A DNA stretch of 64,000 nucleotides from the human T2T-CHM13v2.0 reference genome, Homo sapiens. Below, piece after piece: positions 51,771-64,000 of the stretch. The translations under genes were made by a program, and so were the position numbers. Each line of letters begins with the position of its first letter. Positions within the stretch are counted from its first letter, which is position 1. Location of the stretch: assembly GCF_009914755.1 (NCBI RefSeq), contig NC_060936.1; one strand, written 5' to 3'. Under the pieces are notes generated by a model. That model did not search any database, was not told the origin of the DNA, and worked only from the letters and a program-made list of their open reading frames with translations.

Positions 51771-53091
51771 AAACTGCTGCACACGGATCTGGCACCTCCC
51801 TGGAGGAGGTGAGACACGGCCATAATGAGCTTCCTTGTCAAGAGCCCAAGAGCCTGGCAATGACAGCTCCTGGCAATGGGTGCCTATAAAACCCAGAATT
51901 GTTTCAGCACTTCGGCTCTCAGAGAAACTGCAGCCAGCTTGTTCTCATAAGACTAATGCAATAAAAATAAAACACCTGTTTCTGGGAAACAAAAATATCA
52001 TGCATTATTCAGCTACCATCTTTAGATCCTGGGAAACTGTATCTGAAAGGATCAATCACTGAGAAATAGGTACCAAAATGTGCTACTTTTAAAGTGATGG
52101 TCTGTTGCTTCTTAAAATGAACAACAAAAGATCTTTGGGGAACAGGCCTAGCTGAAGCTCTCTGAGGACTCTCAACATAGGCAGAGCTGCCAGTGTCCCT
52201 GGTCAAACACAGAAGGAGAGGGGTCCCTGGATCTGGAGGAGGCTCTGGGCAGGGGGGATCGTAGCGAAGATGCGCTTTCCTCTCTGATGCCATGACCCCC
52301 TTCTGTTTCCCCAAGGCCAGCCCTGGTCTGGGGGGCTCCAGCCTTCCCACATCCACCTGCTCCTGGGTGCACTTCCGTGGGGCTCTCACCCTCACAGCCC
52401 GCCCCCAGGATCCCAGATCCCACTCATAAAACCCGAACATTCTCTGCTTCTTTCTCGGGAGTCTGGAATCATGATCAGTAAGTCTAGACTTTTTTTGAAA
52501 ATGCCAAAGCCAAAGCCAGGCCATGGGGCCCAAGGAAGCATTCCTCTCATCCTCCTCTGAATACTGGGCATGGAGAAAACCAGGAGACACAGACTCAGAA
52601 AGGGCCAAGTCAATTTCCTAAAGATGTTATAATTGCTCACTTCCCAGCTAGCTCTGATGCCTGCAAGCTCTTCACCAACCCCAGGAGGTGAGCGTCATGC
52701 AAATGATACCAATTTCCCACCCCCGTCCTGTCTCTGAATAGACAGGAAGTACATGAGTCAGTAGCATTTGACACTCACAGAGGAAGGTGCTGCTGAGAGA
52801 GGCCTGGGACAAGCAAGAGGAAGGAACAGACTCAGGGGAAGACTGTGAGGGTGGCATGTGGCAGAGCCGCCCACCAGCACCCAGACCACCTCCTAGGCCC
52901 TGTGCACGTGGAGACTGAGTGAGGACTTCCCAGAGTCTGCAGGTGGTGCCCACCCTGTCCTCCGAGGGAAAGTGAGACAGTCACCCCAGGCTGGGCTGAG
53001 CAGCCCACGGGTCGCTGCAACCCTCACACTGCACCTCACTATTCCCTAAAGGGCCCTGCAGGACTGGCTCCATCCCTTCTCTGGCCACATC

Positions 53092-53577
53092 TGTGTCAGG
53101 GATTCCAGGACCATCCCCAGGTTCAGAGACTCCCAGGACTCAGGCTGCAATTTATTACAGTGAAAGGACAACCTGCAAAAACAGCAAAGAGAAAGGCACA
53201 AGGGGAACCAGGCACAAGCTCCCAGAGTCCCCTCCCTGGGGAGTCACACAGCACATGTCTAATTCCCCAGCGATGAGATGTGACAACACATGTGAGTGCT
53301 GTCTATGAGGGACGCTCACTAGAGACTCGGCACCCAGGGTTTACTGGGGTCTGGTCACGTCAGCACCTGTGCCTGGCATAGTCCAAAATCCCAGCCTCTC
53401 AGAGGGAAAGCAGGTCCTCAGCATAAACCCTATTGTTTGCACACGCAGCCATTCAGTGAATCAGTGTGGGGGCCTGTTTATCGGCAAAGCTCCCAGGCCC
53501 CAGCTGAGGGCCAACCTTGCCAGCAGGCCTCTGCAGGGAGGGCATCTTTGGCCTTCATGGTTAATTCCTTCTGCACA
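53092..53577 (-). mobile_element. MER77-like LTR
   Basis: Ends GGGCCAACCTTGCCAGCAGGCCT..GTTAATTCCTTCTGCACA, the reverse of the MER77/MER21 start. Confidence 0.75.
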
Positions 53578-53946
53578 AGTACCACCTCTGTCCCGCCCAT
53601 GCTCACCGTCCCCAGCCACATGAGCTCCCACCAGCACCTTGACCTCCTGCAGGCTCAGCCTGGCACCGCTCCCAACTCCATCCATGCACAGCTGGCTCCT
53701 TGTTGGCATCCAGGGCTCAGATCAATGTCACCTCCCCACAGTCACCTCCTCCCCACAACCACCCAGTCTACAGTAGCCTGCGTCCTACGTACCACCACAC
53801 AGCACAGTGTTAGGCCCTCCCCACACTGTTCTCAAATGTTCTTATTTGTTTACTACCTGTCCTTGCTGGGATGCCAGTTCCCAGAGAACAGGAGCCTGGT
53901 CTGTACCCTCAGATCCTAACCAGTGTGTGCACATGATGAATGCACG

Positions 53947-54321
53947 TGTGATGGTTACTACTTAGTATCAACCTGATCGGACTGAAGGATACAAAGTATT
54001 GATCCTGGGTGTGTCTATGAGGCTGTTGCCAAAGGAGATTCACATTCGAGTCAGTGGGCCGGGAAAGGCAGACCCGCCCTTAATCTGGGTGGGCACCATC
54101 TAATCAGCTGCCTGCTCAGCTCAAATATAAGCAGGCAGAAAAATGTGAAAAGAGAGACCGGCCTAGCCTCCCAGCCTACACCTTTCTCCCGTGCTGGATG
54201 CTTCCTGGATGATCCCTTGAACTGGACTTGGACTTGGACTGGCTCTCCTTGCTCCTCAGTCTGCAGACGGCCTATTGTGGGACTTTGTGATCGTGCGAGT
54301 TAATACTTAATAAGCTCCCCT

Positions 54322-54357
<36 letters not shown>

Positions 54358-54372
54358 ATATATATATATATA

Positions 54373-54414
<42 letters not shown>

Positions 54415-54455
54415 TGTATTCCACTAGTTCTGTCCCTCTAGAGAACTCTAACACA
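53947..54455 (+). mobile_element. MLT2A1 solo LTR (HERV-L), inserted in an L2 tail
   Basis: TGTGATGGTTA..GAAGGATACAAAGTATTGATCCTGGG..TTCTGTCCCTCTAGAGAAC..ACA. 5-bp TSD GCAC(G/A). Confidence 0.88.
54323..54412. repeat. Compound (TATC)n(TA)n(TG)n microsatellite inside MLT2A1
   Basis: Directly visible in the sequence. Confidence 0.95.
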
Positions 54456-55433
54456 GCACATAAGAAGACGGGTGTTCATGAATACCTGAGTGAATGAAAT
54501 TAAAAGTGTTCTGGGAACTGAGATGTTAATACACTCCTGTGTTGGGATTGTTCTCAGAGGACCCGGCTGTAGCATTCACAGCAAGGTGAGGCATCCCAGG
54601 GCCATGCTGCCTCTGGCCTCACTTCCTGCTCCTCTGCCCCTCACTCTGCATGCCCAGCATCTGAGCCCCTGACTGCCCCCCTCCCTAAAACCTTCATCTG
54701 CCCAAGGTCCATGCCCTGGCTGTCCACGGGGCTAATGTGTGCCTTTATGTTTGCTCACATATCACCTCAGCAAGCCCTTGTCTGACCAGGTAATTTAAAT
54801 GGAACTTCCTCAGCCCTGACGGCCTCATCCACCCCTGAACAGTGCCATGGCTGTATTCACCCAAGGCACATTCAGGCTTCTAACAGTTTTAATACTTATT
54901 TATGATGGGCATCATTTCTCTGTCATCCCTGACTAGAATGAAAGCTCAAATAAAGCAGTGACTTTAACAAATCCCCAGTGAGTCTTCCATAAATATTTGC
55001 TAAGTTGGTGAACGACTCCTCGGTAGCAGGGCCACACACACACACGTCCTGACTCACAGAGTATTGAGAGGATTAACTGAGACGACGGTAGATCAAAGGC
55101 TAAGCTCAGTGCCTGCCTAGGGTGTTCTGCACACCTGCCACCCATTACCTACATTAGCTGACACTGAGTACCTCAGGAGTTCCAAGTGACCTTGTACAAA
55201 CACGGTCTGAACTGGACCTAAGAAGCAGGTGGGCATTGACGGCAGAGAGGGAGGGAGCAGCAGGTCAGAGACAGAGGGGTGGAACACAGGTGCAGGGTGG
55301 ACACACAGGTGTGTCTCTCTGGGGACAGTGAAAGTAGCGGTCTCAAGGGTGCCAGGGTTTAGAAAAGAGAGTGAGAGATTTTACTGGAGACGAGAGCTGG
55401 GGACAGACTTCTGGTTCCAAAATGGTGACATAG

Positions 55434-55585
55434 GGCCAGGTCCAATGGTTCATACCTGTAATTCCAGTTACTTGGGAGGCTGAAGCAGGAGAATTGCTTG
55501 AACCCAGGAGGCGGAGGCTGCAATGAGATCATGCCACTGCACTCCAGGCTGGGTGACAGAGTGAGACTCTGTCTCAATTTTTTAA
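55434..55585 (+). mobile_element. Monomeric Alu (left-arm start, AluS-type right arm)
   Basis: TSD AAAATGGTGACAT(A/G)G at 55419-55433 and 55586-55600. Confidence 0.88.
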
Positions 55586-56811
55586 AAAATGGTGACATGG
55601 AAGCAAGCTGGCTTCACTCTCCCCCATCCCCACTCACTGCCACAGAAAACTGAAAACAAACATACAGGGCCAAGATGATCCCCAGCAATATCCTAGAACT
55701 CAAATATGAGGATGGGCCACTTCCCAGGGCCACAGAGAAGTGACAAAACTCTGAGCAGATGGTAAGAGAATCAAATTTTCATATCCATGATGCCCCTGCC
55801 TTCCATGGCCCAGCACCAAGCACATGAAAATTTTCCTATCTCAGTTTCTACACCGGAAAAAGTGAACTTGAGGTGGGCAATTACCTTTCCCACCATCTTG
55901 GAGTCCCTGGCAGGAAACTTGTCTCTGTCTCAACCCACGGAAGCATTGAGAGAGTGCCTGAAGGGAGAAATATTCCTGAGGACAGCCAGAGACAAAGTGG
56001 GGAGGTGGGACTACCATCCCAGCCCCGGAAACTCTGCTCTGTAACTCAGCCAAAGGAGACACCAAGCCACAGTGACTATTCAGCCGCACGATGCCGTAGG
56101 AGGTATGTTCCACAGGACCCCTGGGCACAACCCCGAGCCAGCCTTCCCCACGCTACCGGGATATCCCTTTTGGGCCCTCCCCCATTCAGACAGGGAGCAC
56201 TCCGATAGTTTGCTAGAGCCAAGGCCAACCTGAGGTTAAGGGATCATCTACCACTAAAAAGGGGCAGCAACCTAGCAGGAAAAAACTGAAGAAATTCAAC
56301 AGGTAAACTGCAAACATACCCAATAAAAAAAGAGGCCAAGCCAGATAGAGAATACTGGAATAAATAACCTTCAGTGCAAAGACATAAATATACATTCACA
56401 AGAAACAGCAGCAAACAGGGAACCATGGTCTCCCCAAGTGGACAAAGCAAGAAACCAGTGACTGGCTCCATATGAGACAGTGATACGAGCTCTTACCAAG
56501 AATTCAAAATTACAGTTTTAAGGAAACTCAGGGATCTCCAGCATAACACTAAAGACATTTGTCAGAGAAACTGAACTAAAACATTGAAATAATTTTAACA
56601 ATCAAACCGAAATCTTAGAAGTGAGAAATACATTTACTGAACTGAAAAATTTATTAAAGTCTTTCAACGGCAGAATGGATCAAGCAGAGAAAATCATCAG
56701 TGAGCTTGAAGACAGGCTATTTGAAATTATAGAGGAGAAAAAAAAGGATGAAAAGAAATGAAGATCACCTACAAGATACAGAAAATTACCTCAAAAGATC
56801 AAATCTAAGAA

Positions 56812-57113
56812 TTTTTTTTTTTGAGAGACAGGTCTCACCTTCATTGCTCAGGCTGGAGTGCAGTGGTGCAATCACAGCTTACTGCATCCTTGACCATCCA
56901 GGCTGAAAGGATCCTCCCACCTCAGCCTGCTAAGTAGCTGGAACTACAGGCATACGACCACCATGCCCAGCTAATTTATTTAGATTTTTGTAGAGACCGG
57001 GTCACACTATGTTGCCCGGGCTGATCCCGAACTCCTGGCTCAAGCCATCCTCTCACTCCCACCTCAGCCTCCCAAAGTACCAGAATTACAGATATGAGCC
57101 ACCACACCTGGCT
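56812..57113 (-). mobile_element. AluJ in L1 ORF1
   Basis: TSD CAA(A/G)TCTAAGAA at 56800-56811 and 57114-57125. Confidence 0.92.
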
Positions 57114-57228
57114 CAAGTCTAAGAACTATTGGTGTTCAAGAGGAAGTTGAGCAAAAGCAAGGAGTGGAAAGATTATTCAAAAAATACTACAAAAAACTTT
57201 TCAAAACTTGAGAAAGATATAAATATCC

Positions 57229-57603
57229 TGATATGGCGAGGCTTTGTGTCCCCACCCAAATCTCATCTTGAATTATAATCCCCACAATCCCCAGGTATCA
57301 GTGGAGAGAGAGGTGGAGGTCATTGGACCAAGGGGGCGGTTTCCCCCATGCTATTCTCATTATAGTGAGTGGGTTCTCGTGAGATCTGATGGTTTTATAA
57401 GTGTGTGGTAGTTTCTGCTGTTTGTTCTCCCTCGGGCTGCCTTGTGAAGAAGATGTCTTGCTTCCCTTTTGCCTTCCGCCATGATTGTAAGTTTCCTGAG
57501 CCCTCCCCAGCTATGTGGAACTGTGAGTCAATTAAACCCCTACCTTTATAAATTACCCAGTCTCATGCAATTCTTTATAGCAGTGTGAGAATGGACTAAC
57601 ACA
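57229..57603 (+). mobile_element. THE1D-like solo LTR (MaLR)
   Basis: TGATATGG..TGTGTCCCCACCCAAATCTCATCTTGAATT..GGACTAACACA. Perfect 5-bp TSD TATCC. Confidence 0.9.
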
Positions 57604-57671
57604 TATCCAGATTCAGGAAGATCAGAGAACACCAAACAGATTTGACCCAAATAAAACTACCCCAAGGCATA

Positions 57672-58625
57672 TGCAGGGTCCAACTCTACCGGGCTTTGCA
57701 GCTGCTCTCCCCACGTGCAGAGACGAGAGATTGTAAGAAAGAAAGACACAGGACAAAGAGATAAAAACAGCTGGGCCCAGGGGACCACTACCACTAAGAC
57801 GCAGAGACCACTAGTGGCCCCGAATGGCTGCGCACACTGATACTTATTGCATACAAGACAAGGGGGCAGGGTAAGGAGGGTGAGACGTCCAAGTCATTGA
57901 TAAGGTCAAGCAAGTCACATGATCATAGGACAGGGGGCCCTTCCCTTTTAGGTAGCTGAAGCAGAGAGGGAAGGCAGCAAACGTCAGCATTTTCTTCTGT
58001 ACTTATAAGAAAGATCAAAGACTTTAAGATTTTCACTATTTCTTCTTCTGCTATCTACTAAGAACTTCAAAGAGGAACCAGGAGTACGGGAGGAACATGA
58101 AAGTGGACAAGGAGTGTGACCATTGAAGCACCACAGGGAGGGGGTTAGGCCTCCGGATGACTGCGGGCAGGCCTGGATAATATCCAGCCTCCCACAAGAA
58201 GCTGGTGGAGCAGAGTGTTCCCTGACTCCTCCAAGGAAAGGAGACTCCCTTCCGCAGTCTGCTAAGTAACGGGTGCCTTCCCAGGTACTGGCATTATCGC
58301 TTGACCAAGGAGCCCTCAAGCGGCCCTTATGTGGGCGTGACAGAGGGCTCACCTCTTGCCTTCTAGGTCACTTCTCACAATGTCCCTTCAGCACCTGACC
58401 CTATACCCGCAGGTTATTCCTAGGTTATATTAGTAATGCAACAAAGAGTAATATTAAAAGCTAATGATTAATAATGTTTATAATAATGATTGATAATTGT
58501 CCATGATCATCTCTATATCTAATTTGTATTATAACTATTCTTATTCTAACTATTTTCTGTATTATACTGCAACAGTTTGTGTCTTTAGTCTCTTGCCTTG
58601 GCAGCTGGGTAATCCTTCGCCCACA
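57672..58625 (-). mobile_element. LTR13A solo LTR (HERV-K13/HML-4)
   Basis: Reverse start TGTGGGCGAAGGATTACCCAG..GGCAAGAGAC, 954 bp, TSD GCATA. Confidence 0.85.
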
Positions 58626-58964
58626 GCATAGAATAAACTCTCAAAGGTCAAGGACAAACAGAGGATCCTAAAAGCAGCAAGAGAGAAAAGCAAATAACAT
58701 ATAAAGGAATTCCAATTTGTCTGGCAACAGACTTCTCAATGGAAACCATACAGAGCAGGAGGAAGTGGGACAAAATTTTCAAAGTGCTAAAAGAAAAAAG
58801 CTGCCATCCAAGAATACTGTATCTAGCAAAGCTATTCTTCAAATATGAGGGGGAGATAAAGTCTTTCCCAGGCAAGCAAAAGCTAGGAGAATTCACCACC
58901 ACCAGACCTGTTTTACAAGAAATACTAAGGGGAGTTCTTACATCTGAAAGGAAAAAAAATGCCA

Positions 58965-59343
58965 CACATACAAAAAAGAATGAAATCATGTCCCTTGCAG
59001 CAACATAGATGCAGCTGGAGGCCACTATCTTAAGCAAATTAATGCAGGAACAAAAAAATCAAATCCTGCAAGTTCTCACTTATAAGTGGGAGCTAAACAC
59101 TGGGTACTCATGGACATAAAGATGGACCCAATAGATCCTGGGGATTACTACAGGGAGAGAGAGGGAAGGGGCAAGGGTTGAAAAACGCTTGGGTACTATG
59201 CTCAGTACCTGGGTGATGTGATCAATTGTACCCCAAACCTCAGCATCACACAAGATACCCATGTAACAAACTTGCACATGTACCCCCTAAATCTAAAATA
59301 AAAGTTGAAATTATAAAAAATTAAATAAGACTTTAAAAAAAAA
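58965..59343 (+). mobile_element. L1PB-type 3' end inserted in the older L1
   Basis: GAATGAAATCATGTCC..CCCCAAACCTCAGCATCACACAA..CTAAAATAAAAGTTG plus A tail. Confidence 0.8.
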
Positions 59344-61843
59344 CACTAACATGCAAAAAGAAAATACTTGAAGAAACAAAACCTAATGGTAAAATTCAGT
59401 ACAATGACAACCCCAGACTACTCCAATACTGTAACTGTGATATGCAATCCACTCAAAACTCTAGTATGAAGCCTGAAAGACAAATCTATCAAAAACAAAA
59501 GTAGCTAGAGCAACCCATTGAGAGAGAAGCAATATAAAACATGTAAACTGAGACAAGTGTCAAAATCTGGGGGGCTGGAGTTAAAGTGGAGTTTCTTGAA
59601 TAGTTTTTTCAGTGTTGGTTTCACACTAAAAGAACTTTACTTTTTTATCTAAAATAAGTGACTATCTTTTTCAATTAACTAGTTATATCTATAAGATGTT
59701 TTTTCTAAGCTTCATACTAACCAGAATGCAAAAACCTATAACAAATATATTAAAAATAAAAAGCAACGAATTAAAACATACTAACTACCAGAGGAAATAA
59801 CCACAAAGAAAGTCAGTAAGAAAAGAAAAAATAAAAAGAGGAGTTACAAAACAAACAGAAAACAAGGAACAAAATGGCAATAGTAAGTCTTCACTTATCA
59901 AGAATAATACTTAATGTAAATGGACTCAGCTCTCCAGTTAAAATACAGAGTGGCTGAATGGATAAAGAAACAAGATCCAACTATATGCTGCCTATAAGAA
60001 ACCCACCTCACCTAGAAAGACACTCAGAAACTAAAAGTAAAAGACAGAAAAAGATATTTCATGCAAACTGAAACCAAAAAGAGCAGAGGTAGCTGTACTT
60101 ATATCACATAAAATAGACTACAAGTCAAAAGAGTATAAAAGAAGACAAGGAAAGTCACTATATAAAGATAAAAGTGAGTCAATTCAGCAAGAAGATATAA
60201 CAATTATAAATATCTATTCACCTAACACCAGAATATATAAACATTAATAGATCTAAAGAGAGAGATAGACTACAATACAGTAATAGTAGGGGACTTCAAC
60301 ACCCCACTCTCGGTGATGGACAGATCATGCAAACAAAATCAACAAAGAAACACTGGAGTTAAACTATACACTAAACCAAATAGGTTTAACTGACACTTAT
60401 AGGACATTTCACCCAACTGCTGCAGAATACACATTATTTTCATCAGCATATGGAACAGTCTCCAGAATATACCATATCTTAAGCCTCAACAAATTCAAAA
60501 AGGTAGAAATCACATCAAGTATTTTCTAACCACAATGGAATAAAACTAGAAATCAATAAAAGAGGAAACTCAGAAACTGCACAAACACATGGAAATTAAC
60601 CAGCATGCTCCTGAATGATGAATGTACAATGAATAAATTAAGAAGTTAATAAAGAAATTTAAAAATGTGTTGAAACAAATAAAAATGGAAATGCAACATA
60701 CCAAAAGCTATGGGATACAGCAAATGCAGTACTAAGAGGGAGGTTTATAAAAAGAAACACCTACAACACAAAAGTAGAAAGACTTCAAATAAATAACCCA
60801 ACAATGCACCTCAAGGAACTAGAAAGGCAAGAAAAAAATGCAAAATTAATAGAAGGACAGAAATAATAAAGTACAGAGCAGAAATAAGGGAAAATGAGAC
60901 TAAAAAACAATACATAAGATCAATAAAATGAAAAGTTGGGTCTTGAAAAGATAAATGAAATTAACAAACCTTTAGCAAGACAAAGAAAAAAGAGAGAAGA
61001 GCCAAATAAATAAAATTAGAAATTAAAAAGAAGACGTAACAACGGAGACCACGGAACTACAAATAATTAGAAACTATTATGAACAACAATACACCAACAA
61101 ACTGGAAAACCTAGAAGAAACGGATAAATTCCTGAACACATGCAATATACCAAGATTGAACCATGAAGAAATAGGAAACCTAAGCAAACCAATAATGAGA
61201 TCAAAGCTGTAACAGTCTCCCAGCAAAGAAAAGCCCAGGACCTGATGGCTTCACTGCTGAATTCTACCAAACATTTAAAAAAGAACTAATACCAATTCTA
61301 GTCAAATGCTTCAAAAAAAAAAAAAATCAAAGGGAAGGGAGTATTTCCAGACTCATCTATGAAGCCAGCATTACCTTGATACCAAAGCCAGACAAGGATA
61401 CAACAACAACAACAACAACTACAAGCCAATATCACTGATGAACAAATATGCAAAAATACTCAACAAACTACTGGCAAATGAAATTCAACAACATATTAAA
61501 AAGATCATTTACCGTGATCAAGCGGCATTCATCCCAAAGATGCAAGGATGGCTCAGCACGTGGAAATCAATAAATGTGGTACATCACATTAACGGAACCA
61601 AGAAAAAAACCATATGATCATTTCAATAGATGCTGAAAAAGCATTTGATAAAATTCAACATCCCTTCATGTTAAGAACCTGTAACTGGGAATAGAAGGAA
61701 CATACCTCAAAATAAAAAAGGCCATAAATGACAAACCCACAGCCAACCAAACACTGAATGGGGAGAAACTGAAAGCCTTTTCTGGAAGATCAAACAAGAA
61801 AAGGATGCCCACTTTCACCACTTTTATTCAGCATAGTATTAGA

Positions 61844-62126
61844 GGATAGGCATGGTGGCTCACGTCTGTAATCTCACACTTTGGGAGGCCAAGGCAGGCA
61901 GATCACTTGCGGTCAGGAGTTTGAAACCAGCCTGACCAACATGGTGAAACCCTATCTCTACTAAAAATGCAAAAATTAGCCTGGCGTGGTGGCACACATC
62001 TGTAGTCCCAGCCACTTGGGAGGATTGGTTGAGCCAGGAGGTCGATGCTGCAGTGAGCCAAGATCACGCCACTGCACTCCAGTCTAGGCAACAGAGTGAG
62101 ACTCTGTCTCAAAACAAAACAAAACA
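61844..62126 (+). mobile_element. AluJb-like
   Basis: Dimeric Alu with a right-arm deletion and (AAAAC)n tail. Degenerate TSD CATAGTATTAGA / CATAATACGAGA brackets both adjacent Alus. Confidence 0.85.
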
Positions 62127-62127
62127 G

Positions 62128-62499
<372 letters not shown>

Positions 62500-62660
62500 T
62501 TATTCTTGTTTGCAGATGACATGATTTTATATTTAGAAAAACCTAAAGACTCCACCAAAAACCTATTTGAACTGATAAACAAATTCAGGAAACCTGCATG
62601 ATACAAAATCAATGTATAAAAATCAGTAGCATTTATATACATCAGCAGTGAACAATTTGA

Positions 62661-63655
62661 TCTGGTCTCTGGGAGGTGGTGTGGGCTCGGCTGTGGTTGA
62701 CCTGGCCTCTGGGAGGTGATGGGTGAGGACTTCTTCCCTGCAACAAGGCAGCGGGGAGGGCTGGGCCACTGTCGAGACACCACCCAGGGGGGACGGGACC
62801 ACGGTGCCAGTGCTGGGGGCCCTGGGGATCCCACTGCAGATAGGGAGGGGAACAAGGAAACAAAAACAGCTCTGCCCTGGGAGAGGGGAAGGGACACTTG
62901 GGATGCCAGATCCCAGATCCGATTTTACAGCTCCCCACCCCCAAGTAAGGCCTGACCAGAGCATCAGAGAATGTGCCCCTACATCCCACCACCAGGATAA
63001 GAAGCCATGAATAAGATGATCTGTAGACGGCAACTGCTCTGAAGAGCAGCGTGGAAGGGGGGACCCAAGGCAAAGAGGGAGAAAATGCAAGGTGTCTCCT
63101 GTCTCTAGAGGAGTGGGAAGTCTCCAGTGGAGCAAGGTAACCATAGCAACAGCAAACTTCAAACCCAACGGGGCTCCTGACTAGGTAGGTCAGCACAGGC
63201 CCTCACCCTAGGGGCCCAGCAGAAGGAAAAATTCCACAAAGAGTGAAACAAAATCAGCAACTCTAAAATGGCTGCACTTGGAATTGTAGATGGAGAAGAG
63301 AGAATGGAATATTTGAAAGAACGATCACTGCGAATTTACCAAAATTAGTGACAACAAATCACAAATCTAAGAAACTAAAGAACACCAAGAAGGATGAACA
63401 ATGACCACACCAAAAACAACACCGAGGCATATCACATTCAAACTGCCGAAACCAGACAGGAAGAAAATCCTGAACACGACCAGAAAGGGGTGAACGGGAA
63501 GCATTACCCATAGAGAAACAAGGATAAAAGTTATGGAATACTTCTCAGAGAAATTATGTGAGCTTTTTTTCATATGTTTGTTTGGCCACATGTATATTTC
63601 CTACGGAAAAACAAGGATAAAAGTTATACAGTACTTCTCACAGAAATTATGCAAG
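62661..63655 (+). mobile_element. Ancient L1M 5'UTR/ORF1 fragment
   Basis: ACACCGAGGCATATCACATTCAAACTG..GAAAATCCTGAA..ACTTCTCAGAGAAA resembles L1 ORF1. The 5'UTR assignment of the GC-rich part is tentative. Confidence 0.55.
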
Positions 63656-64000
63656 CTTTTTTTCATATGTTTGTTGGCCACATGTATGTCTTCTTGTGAA
63701 GTGTCTGTCTGTTCATGTCCTTTGCCCGCTTTTTAATGGGGTTGGTTTTTTCTCGTAGACTCCGAATATTAGACCTTTGTCAGATGGGTAGATTGCAAAA
63801 ATTTTTTCCCACTCTGTAGGTTGCCTGTTCACTCTGATGATAGTTTATTTTGCTGTGCAGAAGCCCTTTAGTTTAATTAGATCCCATTTGTCAATTTTTG
63901 CTTTTGTTACAATTGCTTTTGGCATTTTTGTCATGATACCTTTGCCCGTGCCTATGTCCTGGATGGTACTGCCTAGATTTTCTTCTCGGGATTTTATAGT
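63654..64000 (-). mobile_element. L1PA (older than L1PA4) ORF2 fragment, runs off the window
   Basis: TTTGTCAGATGGGTAGATTGCAAAAATTTT..TTTAGTTTAATTAGATCCCATTTGTCAAT is homologous to 44720-45080. Confidence 0.9.

Overview
This is mammalian, primate (human-like) non-coding genomic DNA. The evidence is AluJ, AluS and AluY elements, L1PA, THE1, MLT2A1 and LTR13A. I cannot support any host protein-coding gene, RNA gene or CRISPR array. The only ORFs I recognise are remnants of HSMAR2, Tigger2 and L1 proteins; the longest ORFs are by-products of a tandem repeat. Left to right the window contains: an HSMAR2 mariner head-to-head with a full-length Tigger2 (1.6-5.8 kb); GC-rich unique DNA with MIR, L2 and MLT relics; a ~1.4 kb GAT/GGT VNTR with higher-order structure (17.6-19.0 kb); an LTR1 solo LTR (25.1-25.9 kb); a CpG-rich promoter-like block (34.2-35.9 kb); a nested MER2 (42.1-42.8 kb); a 5'-truncated L1PA with a short 3' transduction (43.9-46.7 kb); and an old L1 carrying seven later insertions (55.4-62.7 kb). 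Several AT-rich, homeodomain-motif-dense unique blocks suggest an enhancer-rich intergenic or intronic region, but I could not identify the locus. I found no convincing new biological system. The best leads are the VNTR (five of six frames open), insertion and duplication scars that can be read mechanistically, and a possible spliced lncRNA. Repeat family names come from recalled consensus sequences, and boundaries of old repeats are approximate.
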